DNA of 63,106 nucleotides, filler included, from Chiloscyllium plagiosum (Eukaryota): NCBI RefSeq assembly GCF_004010195.1. It is 5 parts of one record of this genome, joined end to end, with 100 filler letters (N's around TTAATTAATTAA, not from the genome) between each part and the next. Parts side by side here need not be neighbours in the genome. Positions count along the whole stretch, not along the records: positions 26,325 to 49,628 come from NC_057717.1; 4 more parts are not named here. One strand, 5' to 3'. The translations under genes were made by a program, and so were the position numbers. Shown one piece after another: positions 26,325 through 39,245 of this stretch (positions are counted from its first letter, which is position 1; the number at the start of each line of letters is the position of its first letter). Below the pieces are notes generated by a model that was given only the letters and a program-made list of their open reading frames with translations, was not told where the DNA came from and ran no database searches.

Positions 26325-26546
26325 GTTATGGGTAGGTTCTTCACTCAGCGAGTCGTACGTTCATGGAATGCCCTGCCAGTAGCAGTGGTGGACTCTCCCT
26401 CTTTATGGGCATTTAAGCGGGCATTGGATAGGTATATGGAGGATAGTGGGTTAATATAGGTTAGGTGGGCTTGGATCGGCGCAACATCGAGGGCCAAAGG
26501 GCCTGTACTGCGCTGTATTCTTCTATGTTCTATGTTCTATGTTCTA
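26325..26546 (+). mobile_element. CR1/HER1-type LINE 3' end with (TATGTTC)n tail
   Basis: FFTQRVVRSWNALP...AFKRALDRYM terminal coding motif, GGGCCAAAGGGCCTGT stem and TTCTATGTTCTATGTTCTATGTTCTA tail. Confidence 0.85.
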
Positions 26547-27590
26547 AATCCATATACACCACATCAACTGGTTTACTCTCATCTACCTGTTGGGACACTT
26601 TGTCAAAAAACTCAATGAGTTCGTTAGTCACGACTTACCCTTCACAAAACCGTGCTAACTATCCCTGATCAGATTATTCTTTTCTAGATGGTTATAAATC
26701 CTATCTCTTATAACCTTTTCCAACACCTTACGAACAACTGAAGTGAGACTCACAGTTCTGTAATTGTCAGGGTTGCCTCTACTCCCTATTTTGAACAGGG
26801 AAACCACATTTGCGATCCTCCAGTCGTCAGGAACTATTCCTGTAGACAATGATGATTTGAAGATCAATGCCAAAGCTCGGCAATTTCTTCCCAGAGGATC
26901 CTAGGATAGATCTCATCCGGCCCAGGGGACTTGTCTATTTTCACACTCTGCAGTATTTCTAATACCTCTTCCTTGTGAACCTCAATCTCTTCTAGTCGAG
27001 ATGCAAGTATCTCTGTGTCTTCCTCGTCAACATTTTCATTTTCTGTAGTGAACACTGTCGAAAAATAATTATTTAGTGCTTTCCCTATCTCCTCTGACTC
27101 CACATACAACTTCCCACAATTATCCTTGATTGGCCCTAATATAACTCTCGTCATTCTTTTATTCCTGACATACCTATGGAAAGTCATAGGGTTACCCTGA
27201 TCCTATGCACCAACAACTTCTCATGTCTCCTCCTAGCTCTTCTGAGCTCCCTTTTTAGGTCTTTCCTGACTTCCTTGTTACCCTCAAGCGTCCTAACTGA
27301 GTTTTCGCATTTTGTCCGAATATAAGCCTCCTTCTTCTTCTTGAACAGGGATTCCACTTCCTTAGTAAACCACGGTTCAGGCGTTCTATATCTTCCTCCC
27401 TGCGTGACCGGTGCATACTTTTCTAGGACACACAGGAGCTTTTCCTTGATTAAGCTGTACATTTTAATGTGCTCATCCCCTGCAATTTATTTCTCCATTC
27501 TACGCATTCTAAATCGTTCCTAATTGCATCGTAACTTCCCTTCCCCTAGCTGTAACTCTTGCTCGGTGGAGTACACCTATCCCTTCCCAT
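26547..27590 (-). mobile_element. CR1-clade LINE ORF2 fragment
   Basis: ORFs with KIDKSPGPDEIYPRIL and VPDDWRIANVVSLFKIGSRGNPDNYRTVSLTSVV. Confidence 0.9.
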
Positions 27591-27599
27591 CACGAAAGG

Positions 27600-28980
27600 A
27601 AACCTGGCATAATTGTGGAACAGCAATGGCAGATTGTTGGAGTAATTCAGGTGACACAGGAGAGATTTACCCCGAGCATAAAGAGGCATGGTACATGGAG
27701 AATGTGGTAACCATGACTGGCGTGGGAAGTAAGGTACAACATAAAAGCAAAAGAGAAAGCATATAATATTGCAAAGTGCAGTGGGAAAGCAGATAATTGG
27801 GAAACTTACAAAGACAAAACAGAGGGCAAACAAAATAAAATAAGGAGGGAGATTATTAAATATGGGGACAAGCTACCCAGTAATATAAAGGAAGACTGTA
27901 AGAAATTCTTTCGATATATAAAGTACAAAAGAGAGGCAAAAGTGGGTATTAGACTGCTGGAAAATCACACTGGAAAGATAGTAGTGGGGAACAAGAAAAT
28001 GGCCGTGGAACTGAATAATTACTTTGTGTCAGCCCTCACGGTGGAAGACACGAGTAATACTTTAAACATTCAAGATAGTGAGGGGCTAGAGCTGGGTATA
28101 ATGGCCATCACCATGGAGAACATGTTAGAAAAATCTCAATGCTCTGAAGGTGGTTAAACAACCAGGACCAAATGGAATACATCCCAGTGTTATTAAGGAG
28201 ATGGCGGAAGAGGGAGTGGGGGCGATGGTGCTGATCTTTCAAGAATCGTTAGGTTAAGGAAACCCACTAATGTGACACCCCTTTTTAACAAGGGAGTAAA
28301 GAAAAATACAAAACAAATTCCACAATGAATAGCTTAACCTCGGTCGTGGGTAAGATCCTGGAATCCATTATGAAGGATGAGATTTCTGAACACTTGGAAG
28401 TGTTTGGTAAAATAGCGCAAAGTCGGCATGGTTTCATCAAGGGAAGATCATGCCTGACACATCTGTTGGAATTCTTTGAAGAGGAAATGAGCAGGCTTGA
28501 CCAAGCACAGCCAATGGATGTTGTCCACCTGGACTTCAGAAAGGACTTTTACACGATGCCACACAGGAGATTATTGAGTATGATAAGGGTCCGTGTTGTT
28601 AGAGGCAAAGTAGTGGCATTGTTAGAAGATTATCTGTCTGGCAAAAAGGAGAGAGTGGGGATGAAATGGCCCTTCTCAGGATGGCAGCCAGTGACAAGTG
28701 GTGGTCCGCATGGCACAGTGTTCGAATCGTAGCTTTTTACTTGTTATGTTAACAATCTAGATGATGGAACTGAGGGCACTCTGAATATGTTTGCATACAA
28801 TACAATGATAGGTAGAGGGACAGGTCATATTGAGGACGTGGAGAGGCTGAAGATGGATTTGTACATGTAAAGAGATTGGCAGATGCATTCCAACGTCGCA
28901 AAGTGTGAGGTCATGCACTTTGGCACGAAGCATAGAGGCATGATCTATTTTTTAAATGGGGAGAAAATTCAGAAATTCAG
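27600..28980 (+). mobile_element. CR1-clade LINE ORF2 (RT) fragment
   Basis: SLTSVVGKILESIMKD...HGFIKGRSCLTHLLEFFEE...DVVHLDFRKDF...VTSGGPHG. Confidence 0.9.
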
Positions 28981-30465
28981 TTAACTGTTTTAGAATGAAG
29001 GTATTGTGGCTGCTTTCGGAGTGGTCGATAATATGACATTCAGTGCAGAATAACACACCAACTGCACTTTATTAATGTGGGGAGAGTTTATTCAAAGCCT
29101 GGAGTTCACTGTCTTCCTCAATCACCGTGGGGATTGGGGTTTGGGTTACGTGGGCATAATGTCCTCAGAGGCACTTAAACTATCCAGAATCATGCATCCT
29201 GAGTAAAACAACAGTCATGGAATCTACGGCCTTTTCATTGTCTGCTTAGAATATGAGGAGTGATTGCCCATCTAGCTCAGTGTTCAATGCAATCACTTCT
29301 TGTTCTCTCACAGCGCTACAGATCAACATTCACTCACTCGTCATGGTGCCATCATCCCAGGGATTAATATGGTGCAATTCCTTTTCACTCTCTCTGAGGA
29401 AGTAGATCACTCCTTATAAAGGAGAGAAAATCCGCCCAAAATACCCCAAATACTGCCTCAGCAACACTCACAGGTTTGATGGCAATAATTCGTTTCACTC
29501 ACTTAGCTGGTTCCGTATTTTTTCGTGTGACACAGGAAACCATTCATTTACAATGCACTGCCACTGATGTGGAATTTAAAACATCCTTACACCTGTAGGT
29601 CAGCATCAATAAAGCCAGCACTAGAGGTGCCTATCGAGATGGACATCACTCTTGGGAGAGACTCAATCACAAATAATCCATTTAAAATAATGAACGACCA
29701 CGTATCTGAACGGAAATCAGCTACACGAATATGAGATAGAGGCAGAGGAAGGGAGCTATCTTTCCTTTTGTTCTGCACTCATGGGGTGTGTGCAGCCCTG
29801 GTCAGGCCAGCAAGTTATGCAGATCTTGAACTCAGTGGCTGGTTCAGCTGTTCCACAGGACAGTAAAGAGTAAAGCACATTGCTATGGGTTTGCAGTGAC
29901 ATAGAGACATGACCAGGGAAGGTTGACCCAATTCCCTTTCTCTGAAGGACATGAAGCAAGCAAATATCAATAGATACTATTCTGTAGCTCTAGATTACGA
30001 GCCAATGACGTGACCACCGTAAACCGTCTTCCCATCTTTTAGATTTTGTGCAGAGAACAAGTTAAACATTTCCTTTATTTTGCAACGGACTCGTGGTAAG
30101 AAGATGTACTTGAAACAGATGTATCCAGAATTAACAAAGGCACAAACGATGGTTTATTCAGGAATTGCACTGAAGCTGAGGAAGAGACTGGGAATCTGAA
30201 TGGTGGCACTGGGTAGGAATGATGTGTGGAGGGATATCGAGTTGTAAACTTTGCAGGAGAAAATGAATCAATGAGGTTGAGAACATTCTGTTCCATCCTC
30301 AAATTTTGGTGTACAATTTGTAAATAGTAATTTGCTCGTTATAATTTCTAAGGAATTGAATCTTTGATTGGAGCTGAAAACTTTGACTTGCACCTTTCCC
30401 AAATCTATACATGATGGGCATCAATTTAGTTCAGATCGTTTCACTAGACAGCTCGAGGGAATTAC

Positions 30466-30598
30466 CAGGAACACCAACTGTATCAAGGATAGGATAGTAA
30501 CCAGCTTGAATAACAATCAGTACATCTTCAATCTGCGATGCTAATGATATCCAAGGCTAAGAAAGCCAGTAAAGGCCCAAGGATAAACTTCTGTCCAT
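30466..30598 (-). pseudogene. Exon 1 of GPR139/GPR142-like GPCR paralog B
   Basis: ATG at 30598: MDRSLSLGLYWLS*PWISLASQIEDVLIVIQAGYYPILDTVGVP-g, followed by a GT donor (30465-30464) in phase 1, matching the phase of the exon-2 acceptor at 11891; TAG at 30557-30559. Confidence 0.85.
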
Positions 30599-30744
30599 TG
30601 TTGGAACATTCCAGTCTAAAGTTCCCACATTCTGATCTCTCCTCCCCCTCTCTCTGGAGCTGCTCATCCCTGTTATTGTTGTCGGTCAAGCTTCCGCTCA
30701 TAATATGGAATAAAACACTGAACACATTCCCTTATTGACACTAG

Positions 30745-33700
30745 ATTATCAATCCAGAAAACCAGCTCCTGTTCTGTGGACCCAGGTTTGAATCCTGCCA
30801 CTCCAGATCATGGAAATTCAATTCGATATATTTTTTTAAATCCCTGGAATTAAGAATCTCCTGATGAGAATGAAATCATTGCCGATTGTTCACTATTATC
30901 CTTCAATGAAGGAATCTTCCATCCTCACGTCGCCTGGCTGACATGCAACTCCAGACCCAAAGCAATGTGATTGACTCTCAATCGCGATCTGAAATGGTCT
31001 AGTGAGTAATTCAGTCGTACCAATCGCGACAAAGTTTCGAAGAAATGAAACCAGATGGACCACTGGCATCGAATTGGGCACCGAAAAAGTCAACATTACA
31101 AACATCACTGAAGAACCTGCGAAGTGTTTCTTAGTAACTTTTGAGGCCTAGTACCAATACTGGGAGAACTGCCTTACAGACTAGTCAAGCAATAGCCTGA
31201 CGTAGTCATGTTCACATCATCATACCTGACAGAATTAACCCAGACACCACCATCACCATCCCGGGATATGTCCAGTCCCAATAGCAGGACCGACCCAGCA
31301 GAGGGGGCAGCTCAGTGCGATACAATCGAGAGGTAGTTGCTCTGGGAGTCCCCAAAATTGACTCTGGATACAATGAATTCCCATAGTTTCAGATTAAACA
31401 TGGACAAAAAAGTATTTTACTGATTATCACGTAATGTCATTCCTCAGCTGAATCAGTACTCTTCCATGTTAAACACCATTTGGAGAAAGCACTGACTGTG
31501 GCAAGGGCACGAAGCATATTCTGTCTGGGGGATTTCAAAATCGACCATCAAGATGGTTTGGCAGCAGTATTAGTGATCATACTGGTTCGCTCCTAAAGAA
31601 CATAGCTACTAGGCTGGGTTTGCAGAAGGTAGTGAGGGAATGAACGAGAGGGTTAAAATATACCTGACCACATCCTTACAAATCTACCAACTGCAGATAC
31701 ATTTGTCCGTGACAGTATCGGTAAAAGTGACCAGCACACTGTCCTTGTGAGGCAAAAGTCTCACGGTCACATTGAGAATTAACTCTATTGTGTTGCGTGG
31801 CACTATCACTATGCTAAATGGCACAGACTTCGAACAGATCTCGCAACTCAAGACTAAGCGTCCATTAGACACTATGGACAATCAATAGCAGCAGAACTCT
31901 ACTCAAGCACAATCTATAACGTCACGGACCACATATTCCGCCTCCCCCACCCCCCAACCATTACCATCAAATAAGAGAATCAACTCTGGTTCAATGGAGA
32001 GTGCAGGAGCAGAACCAAGATTATATAAAGATAAATTGTTAATCTGCTGAAGCTTCCAAACAGAAATACATGCGTGCCAGATAGCATAAACAGCAAAGGA
32101 CACACATATTTAAGCTCTGCAGTCCTGGTAATCCGATCGTGAATGGTGGTAGATGATTAAATAACTCTATTTAGTAGAAGTAGGAGTCTCCACAAATATC
32201 CCCATCCTCAATGATGGAACAGCTGAGCAAATCAGTGCAAAAGATAAGACTGAAGCTTTCACAGCAATCGTCAGAAAGAAGTTTCGAGTGGATGATTCGT
32301 TTCGGCCTCCTCCCATGCTCTCCATCATTACAGATACCACTCTTCAGCAATTTCGATTAACTAATATCAGGAAACATTTGAAGGCACTGTATACTGCAAA
32401 GGCTATGGGCCCAGATAGCAGCAATCCTCAAGACTTGTGCTCCAGCACTTCCCGCTCCTCTAGACAAGCTGTTCCAGTACGGTGACAAATCGACAATGGG
32501 GAAAACAAAACTGCTCAAATATGTTCTGTACATAAAACGCAGGACAAATTCAACCCATCCAAATACCGTCTTATCCGTCTACTCTCCATCATCAGTAAAG
32601 TGATGGAAGGTGACACCAACAGATTTATCAAGCAGCACCTGCTCAGCAATAACCTGCTCAGGGACCCCCAGTTTAGGTTTTTCCAGGGTCACTCAGCTCC
32701 TGACCTCATCACAGCTTTGGTTCAACCATAGAAAAAGGAACTGAATTCCAGCCCTTGACATCAAGGCTGCATTCTGCCAAATGTGACATCAAGGACCCCA
32801 AGCAAAAAGGGTATGGTGGAACAACACTGCAATATTGGAGTCATACCTGACAGGTAGGAAGATTTTCAGTATTGTTGGAGGTCAGTCACCTCAGTTCCAG
32901 AACATCTCTGCAGTAATCCCTTAGGATAATGTCCTAGGTCCAAACATCTTCAGCTGCTTCGACAATTACCTTCCTTCCTTCATTATGTCGGAAGTGGGGA
33001 TATTCGACGATAACTGCACAATGTTCAGCACCATTCCCAAAATCTCAGACACGGAAGCAGTTCATGCCCAAATGCAACAAGATCTGGACAACATCCAGGC
33101 TTGGGCTGCAAATGGCAAGTAACGTTCGTGCCACATAAATCCAGACAATGACCACCACCAATAAGAAACAATATAACCACTTGTTATTCAGCAGCATTAT
33201 CATAACTAAATTCCCTAAAAATCACTATATTGGGGGTTATCATTGACCAGAAACTCAACTGGACTCGTGACAGAAACATAAGAGCAGATCAGAGGCTAGG
33301 AATACTGCGCGAGTAACTCACAACCTGACTTCCCAAAGCCTGTCCAACATCTACAAGGCACAAGTCAGGAATGAGATGGAATAATCTTCACTTGCCTGAA
33401 TGAGTGCAGCCCAACAACACTCAAAGAAGCGTGGTACCATCCATGACAAAGCAGCCCATCTGATATGCACCACATCCACAAGCATTCACTCCCTTCAACA
33501 CGGTCGCTCAGGAGCAGCAGTTTGAACTATCACCTAGACACAATGCAGAAATTCCCCAGTGATCCTCAGACAGCTCCTTCTAATCTCACGAACACTCCCA
33601 TCTAGAATGACAAGGGCAGTAGACCTTTGGGCACACCTCCACCTTCAAATTCCCCTCCAAACCAGTCAACATCCTTATTTGGAAATATATCGCCGTTCCT

Positions 33701-33870
33701 TCACTGTTGCTGGGTCAAAACTCAAGAATTTAGTCCTTAATCACTAGTGGGTCAACGCACAGCAGGTAGATTGCTGCAGTTCAAGAAGGCAGCTCAGAAC
33801 CACCTTCTCAATGGCAACTGGGACGGGCAAGAAATACTGGGCCGATCCAGCGATGCGCACAACCAAAAAA
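30745..33870 (+). mobile_element. Long, heavily degenerate LINE (APE endonuclease + RT; probably CR1/L2 group)
   Basis: GDF endonuclease motif ~31530, KAMGPD ~32400, YRLIRLLSIISKVME ~32570, IFSCFDNYLP...EVGIFDDNC (FADD-like) ~32950-33015, A-rich end ~33865. Confidence 0.8.
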
Positions 33871-34334
33871 GATTTTTTTAAAGTAGTTCCATATTGAGCA
33901 TCTCGATGGGACAAGATTATCTGATTTGAACACGAACAGGAAGGCAGCGTTTCTAATATTGAACATTTTAGACTTTTCTGTTGTTAGAAGGGTGTTAAGT
34001 ATTTGATGACATATTGTTGCTGATTGCTGTGATCAATTGCACCTGTTTTGTTGAAATCAACAATACTGGCGTAACACGATCAATCCTTCGAAAATACCAG
34101 ACTGAAAATGACAATCATCGTCGAGACAACGTACTCCCGCCAGATGAGATTCACAGATGGCAGCTCATATTCAAAATATTGATGGACTACTGGCTGACAC
34201 TGAATTCTCCCAACAACCATATCACAGGGGTTAGCATTGACCAGAACACGAAGTCAAATCAACATACAAATACAAGGGTTACGATGCAGGACAGAGACTT
34301 AAAATTCTATACTGAATAATAGACCCTATGACCT

Positions 34335-35030
34335 AAAGGGCATGAGATTTAGCAATAGATTTAGGCCATTCAGCCTATTCCTTCACTCAGATACTATGCC
34401 GTTTTGTAATTGTCTGTATGACTAGCGGAAATATCTTCTACACACTGCCTGTATCAATCTTTGCAGTAATCTATCAGTTTCAATCAGACGCCCCGCCTTC
34501 GCCATTCTAAATTCCATTGAATACATACACTGTCATTCATATGACAAGCCGTCATCCCCAGGATGCATTACTTCCAACACCAGCAGATCTTTCCCCAGGG
34601 GTAGTGTACAAAACAGCTCACAATATACCAAATGCAGTCTGACCATAGCCCATTACATTCTCAGCACTATACCTCATCTCTTGTATTCTTGTTCTTTTGA
34701 AATGAATGCTCACATTGCATTTGCTTCCGGAACTGCCAGCTGAACCTGCACATTAACCGTTAGAGAGGACGAGTGCTTCAAAATCCTTTTGTGCTTCAGA
34801 TCTAATGGATCCAATTCGAACATAGTGTGTCCTCTTTTCCGCCTATCAAAGTGCGTTTTCTCACATGTTCCCATATTGTGTTCCGTCAGCCACGTGTTTT
34901 CCCACAGTCCAAAAGTGTCCAAGTATTTTTGCAACCTCTCCACTTCCTCAATATCATTTGCCCACCAAACTATCACTGCATCATCAAACTAAGCAAAACT
35001 GCCCTCAGGTCCTTTGTTCAGGACGTCCAC
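34335..35030 (-). mobile_element. CR1-clade LINE 3' fragment
   Basis: ORF 34710-34976 EEVERLQKYLDTFGLWENTWLTEHNMGTCEKTHF; CR1-like 3' tail near 34340-34380. Confidence 0.7.
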
Positions 35031-35189
35031 GTATAATAGATTTCCTGACTCCCTAAGGACTGTCCACTCAAGGTGCTTGACTCCATTCAAGTTAAAGCAG
35101 TGGTTTGACTGGAATTACAACTTCAAGTCTTCAATCCCTGTAGCACTGACTCTCAGTAGAAGCACCCCTTACCCCCTTTTGTTGTGAGT

Positions 35190-37245
35190 TTACTTCATTA
35201 TTGCGCACATTCCCAGGCTATTGGTGACTCTGTCTCAACACTAACTGTATGGTGCTCACAGCAACCAATTTCACTGTGTATTGATGATGACGAATGGAGG
35301 TGGGGAAGGGGATGTCTATAATAAATGACTATGTGAATGCCAGGCTGAAACCTGCTCTCACAGCCTCGGATGTACCTGTGTCCGCTATCACCGCTGCAGG
35401 CATGATTAGCCTTCCTGCAGGTCAAGTCAAGGAAAGCAACGGGCCTGGACACTGTTCCCGGCTGAGCACTCAGTTCCTGTGAGGACCAACTGGCAAAGGT
35501 ATTCACAAACATCTTCAACTTCTCCCTCCTACAAGCCAAAGTCCCAATCTGCTTCAAAAGGACGAACATCATCCTTGTGAGAAAGCTCATGCTTTAATGA
35601 CTTAATGACTACCGCCCAGGAATCCAATCTCAATAAACTTGGAGTGATTTCAAAGAGTAGTTATGGCCCACATCACCTCCAAACTCCCAGCCTGACTTGA
35701 TTCCCTATAATGTGCTGACTGATGTAACGGGTCCATAACAGATGCCATGTCCCATTCCCTGCACTCATCCCTGGGACATCTGGACAACTAGGAGGCCTAC
35801 ACTAGACTCCTGATCATTGACGATCATCCACAAACAACAGCCTTTTCCCCTCCAGACAGATCTTAAAATTCCGTGAACTTAGTCGCGGCTCCGTCCTCTG
35901 CAACTGGATTCTGACCCACAGACAGCAATCAGTGAAGACAGGTATCTGCACCTCTGCTACAATAATACTCAGCACTGGACCTCCTGGACGATGTGCCCTC
36001 AGCCTCCGACTGCACTCCCTGTACAACGACGGGTATTTCTAGGCTCCGGCTGTACTCCCTGTACACACACGGTTGTGTCCTCATCCCGCTACTGTACTCC
36101 CTGTACACCTACGGCTGTGTCCTCAGCTCCCTACTGTACCCCCTGTACACACACGGTTGTGTACTCAGCCCCCTACTGTACTCCCTGTACACCCACTGCT
36201 GTGTCCTCAGCCCCCTACTGTATTCCCTGTACGCACACGGCTGTGCCCTCAGCCCCTACAGCATTCGTGTTCACATGTGACTGTGTTGTCAATTTCCAAA
36301 GAACACCACTTGATGTTCGCTAATGACATCACCAAAGCAGGATGGATATAAAACAATTATGAGTCTGAATACAGTAAGGAGATGGAGGGCTTGGTGGCAT
36401 GGTGGAATGATAATAACCTACCTCTCAAATTCGGATGATTATTGGCTTCACAAATAAAAGAGAGGAACACACCCCTATCAACAATAACGGTTGAGAGAGG
36501 GCAGAGTGTCAGGTTCCTCTGAGTGACGATAACTGACGACCTATCCTGGAATTCTCACATAGGTGTGACAGTCAAGAGGTTTCAACAATGCCTCACTTTC
36601 CTCAGATGGCTCAGGAAATTTAGCATGCACTACTTCTACAGATGCACCATTGAGAGCCTAATTTCCAGGTGCATAATGGCCTAGTATGGCAACTGCTCTG
36701 CCCAGGACGATAAGAAACTACACAAGGTTGTGTACACAGCACAGATTATGGTGAACTGCAACCTCCCAACCATGCTATTCGCGTGAATAATGGCGTGACA
36801 TGGTAACTGCTCTGCTCAGGACCATAAGAAACTACAGACGGTTGTGTGCACAGCACAGACCATCACGGAAGACAACCTTCCATCCATTTATACTTCACAT
36901 TGTCAGCGAAAGGCTGGCAACATCAAAGATCTCTCCCAAACCAGTAATGATCTCCTACAACCTCTTCCAACAGGCAGAAGATACAGAGACTTGAAAATAT
37001 GGACCAGCATACTCTGGAACACAGTCATCCCTACCGTACTTATACTGACGAATTGACATCTCTAACTTTCCAAATAATATTAATCTTGCTAACGTCGACC
37101 TTGCTTTGCTCACCTCATGTGCAGCTGTAGACTTGTCTGCCTCACCCTGTCTAAGTAACCTGTGATCTGTGTTTTCTTGCTTACTATCAAAGTAAAGCTT
37201 TCCATTGAACATTTGACAAAATAAATCAAATCAAATCAGATCAAA
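35190..37245 (+). mobile_element. Rex1/Babar-type LINE, degenerate
   Basis: KATGLDTVPG*ALSSCEDQLAKVFTNIFNFSLLQAKVPICFKRTNII, LNDYRP, CVLSPLLYSLYT, FANDI motifs; AATAAA(TCAAA)n tail at 37220-37245; internal ~115-bp duplication at ~36670-36890. Confidence 0.85.
35990..36258 (+). repeat. 42-bp in-frame tandem repeat (~6 copies) of the RT motif CVLSPLLYSLYTHG
   Basis: ORF 35993-36280 reads repeated (G)CVLSPLLYSLYTH. Confidence 0.9.
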
Positions 37246-38613
37246 CATGTGGAATCCAGTGTCTCATGGTCTTCCCAAGGGTAACTGGAAAAGTGAAACA
37301 ATTCCGGGCTCAGCCAACGATACCCACATCTCATTAATGAATATAAGAAGATAACCACACTCAGGGAAGCCAGACTGGGGGGATCAAATGAAATTAAACA
37401 TGGTATTAGACATCTACGGTTTCCATCGCTATCTGAAAGTAGAGTGTTCCTACAAAACCTTTCTTAAGCTGATATGGCGTAAAGTGAAGAAGCATTAATT
37501 TATATGTGAAAAATATTCCCCTTTCTTAATAAAAGTGAAAATCCTCTTCAGATTTATTTTGGTTGGCGAAAACAGGTCCTAATGTAGGTCATTCGGAAAG
37601 GGAAGTAGCGAAAAGTGAACTTTTGAAAAGCGAGGGATACCTGTAACGACGTGGACATGATATTCGGCAAGATGGGAAAGGCAAAAAATAAAATGAGGTG
37701 AATCTTGCATTTGATTTCCATCCCACCTGATCTTAACTCCCTTTTGTTGCTCTTTTTCTTCTATCGCTCTCTTTCTCTAACAATTCAATTCACTCCTCTT
37801 CACCTTCGAATCAGACTTCCTTGTCAACTGCATTAATCACACTATTTTCAGTTCTAAAATTTGCCCAGCAGTTTGTATTCATTTCTTTGCATTTTTAAAT
37901 ATAATTTCAGATCTTCAACATCTTTCCTCATTTTATTTAACCTTTAATTTTGTTATTTCATGGGAATTCAGCGTCTCTGCCAAGGGTAGTGAAACAGATA
38001 CATTTTTAGACAAAATGCCGTTTTTATGGTTGTTCTCCGTGAAATTCACTTTTTTTTCGAATTCTCATCAGTTTTATTTAAGTTGTGCCATCAGCTGAGG
38101 TAGGACTTGAAACAAATCGGTTGAAAAATGTCTTTTGTTTAATAAGCTTTGCTACTGAATTACATCCAACGATATTCCTACTCCGATACATTGTCCTAAA
38201 CATTAAGTAACGTCCGAGACAAGAACAGTTTTGTGATTGAAATATTCGTAACTGGAAAAATTGTCAGAACAGAGCTTGAAACATAAAGTCTGAATTTTAC
38301 CAACGTGTAGACAATGGTTTGTTCAGCAACAGCACTGACACAGCAATGGAGATTGGGTATATCAGAAGCTGGGATTGGACAGGTTTGATGGCAAAGTGAA
38401 TACGAGACTTAAATCAGTTCAGGGCAAAAAGGGATCTCGAGGTTTTGTACAGTTTTGTTCTCAGATGTTTCTAAGGGAGTGGTCTGCAGTGCATGGATAA
38501 TGAATGGAGACTGCAATTGAAACCGAAGACAACAATTTCTTTATTTGACAAACATAGATAACATAAATTTTAATGGAGTTCACCAATTATGAAATTAGTG
38601 AATTAACAGAGAT

Positions 38614-38727
38614 AGGGAATCCCAACAATAGCGAGAATAGGTTAGTAGCACACCGCTAATGTTCGATATGGTAGCAATTCCAAATAGAAAGCCATCATAT
38701 AAGAACCAAGGAAAAACTCCTCTCCAT
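38614..38727 (-). pseudogene. Exon 1 remnant of GPR139/GPR142-like GPCR paralog C
   Basis: (LNLRIVDWNITT)MERSFSLVLI*WLSIW... then, after a frameshift, Y*PILAIVGIP; aligns with exon B; no GT donor after the Pro codon. Confidence 0.8.
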
Positions 38728-38874
38728 TGTTGTAATGTTCCAGTCCACTATTCTCAGATTCAGCTCTGCCCTCTCCCTGACTGTGCAGCTGCTGATCTCT
38801 GCTACTATTGGAGCTGATGCATCTGCTACGATAGTGGGATAGCCCACTGAGTGAAGCCCCTCAGCAGTAGGAGA

Positions 38875-39245
38875 GGGAGACCCTCCCGTGACACAATTAA
38901 AATGCATAGAGACTGACATCAATCACAGTCATTGAGCAAGCAGTTCCAGCTTTCCATACATCACGTTCACTTCACAATATAACCGGACGAGATGTTGACA
39001 TTGCTGGCTATTGGTCACATCCCCCATCACCAATTGCTCTAGTGAAGTCAGTTGTGAGGGAGAATAATGGGTGTTTTCTTTTCGTTGGCAAGATGACTCT
39101 GCCCTGTTGTACGTTTGCAATGCTGTAACCATCTCTCCCTAAATCACACCATCCCCAAAAGAAAAACAATCAGGATGTTGTTACTGTGTTGATGTTTCCT
39201 CCACGGGAACAAACAGACTGTCACTGGGCACAGTTGCCCAGAACA
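38875..39245 (-). promoter_or_regulatory. Putative promoter module of GPCR paralog C
   Basis: Reverse complement aligns with 2540-2890; TGATTGATGTCAGTCTC at 38909-38925; CCAAT at 39010-39014. Confidence 0.5.

Noticed and set aside
33880..34050. Possible displaced promoter of paralog B beyond the 3-kb LINE
   Set aside because: Only a weak CAAT..ATGTCA similarity on the minus strand, and the conserved 17-mer is absent
35991..36323. Cys/Pro-rich repeat ORF (YCTPCTHT...) resembling a keratin-associated or metal-binding protein
   Set aside because: Alternative frame of the Rex1 RT-derived 42-bp repeat
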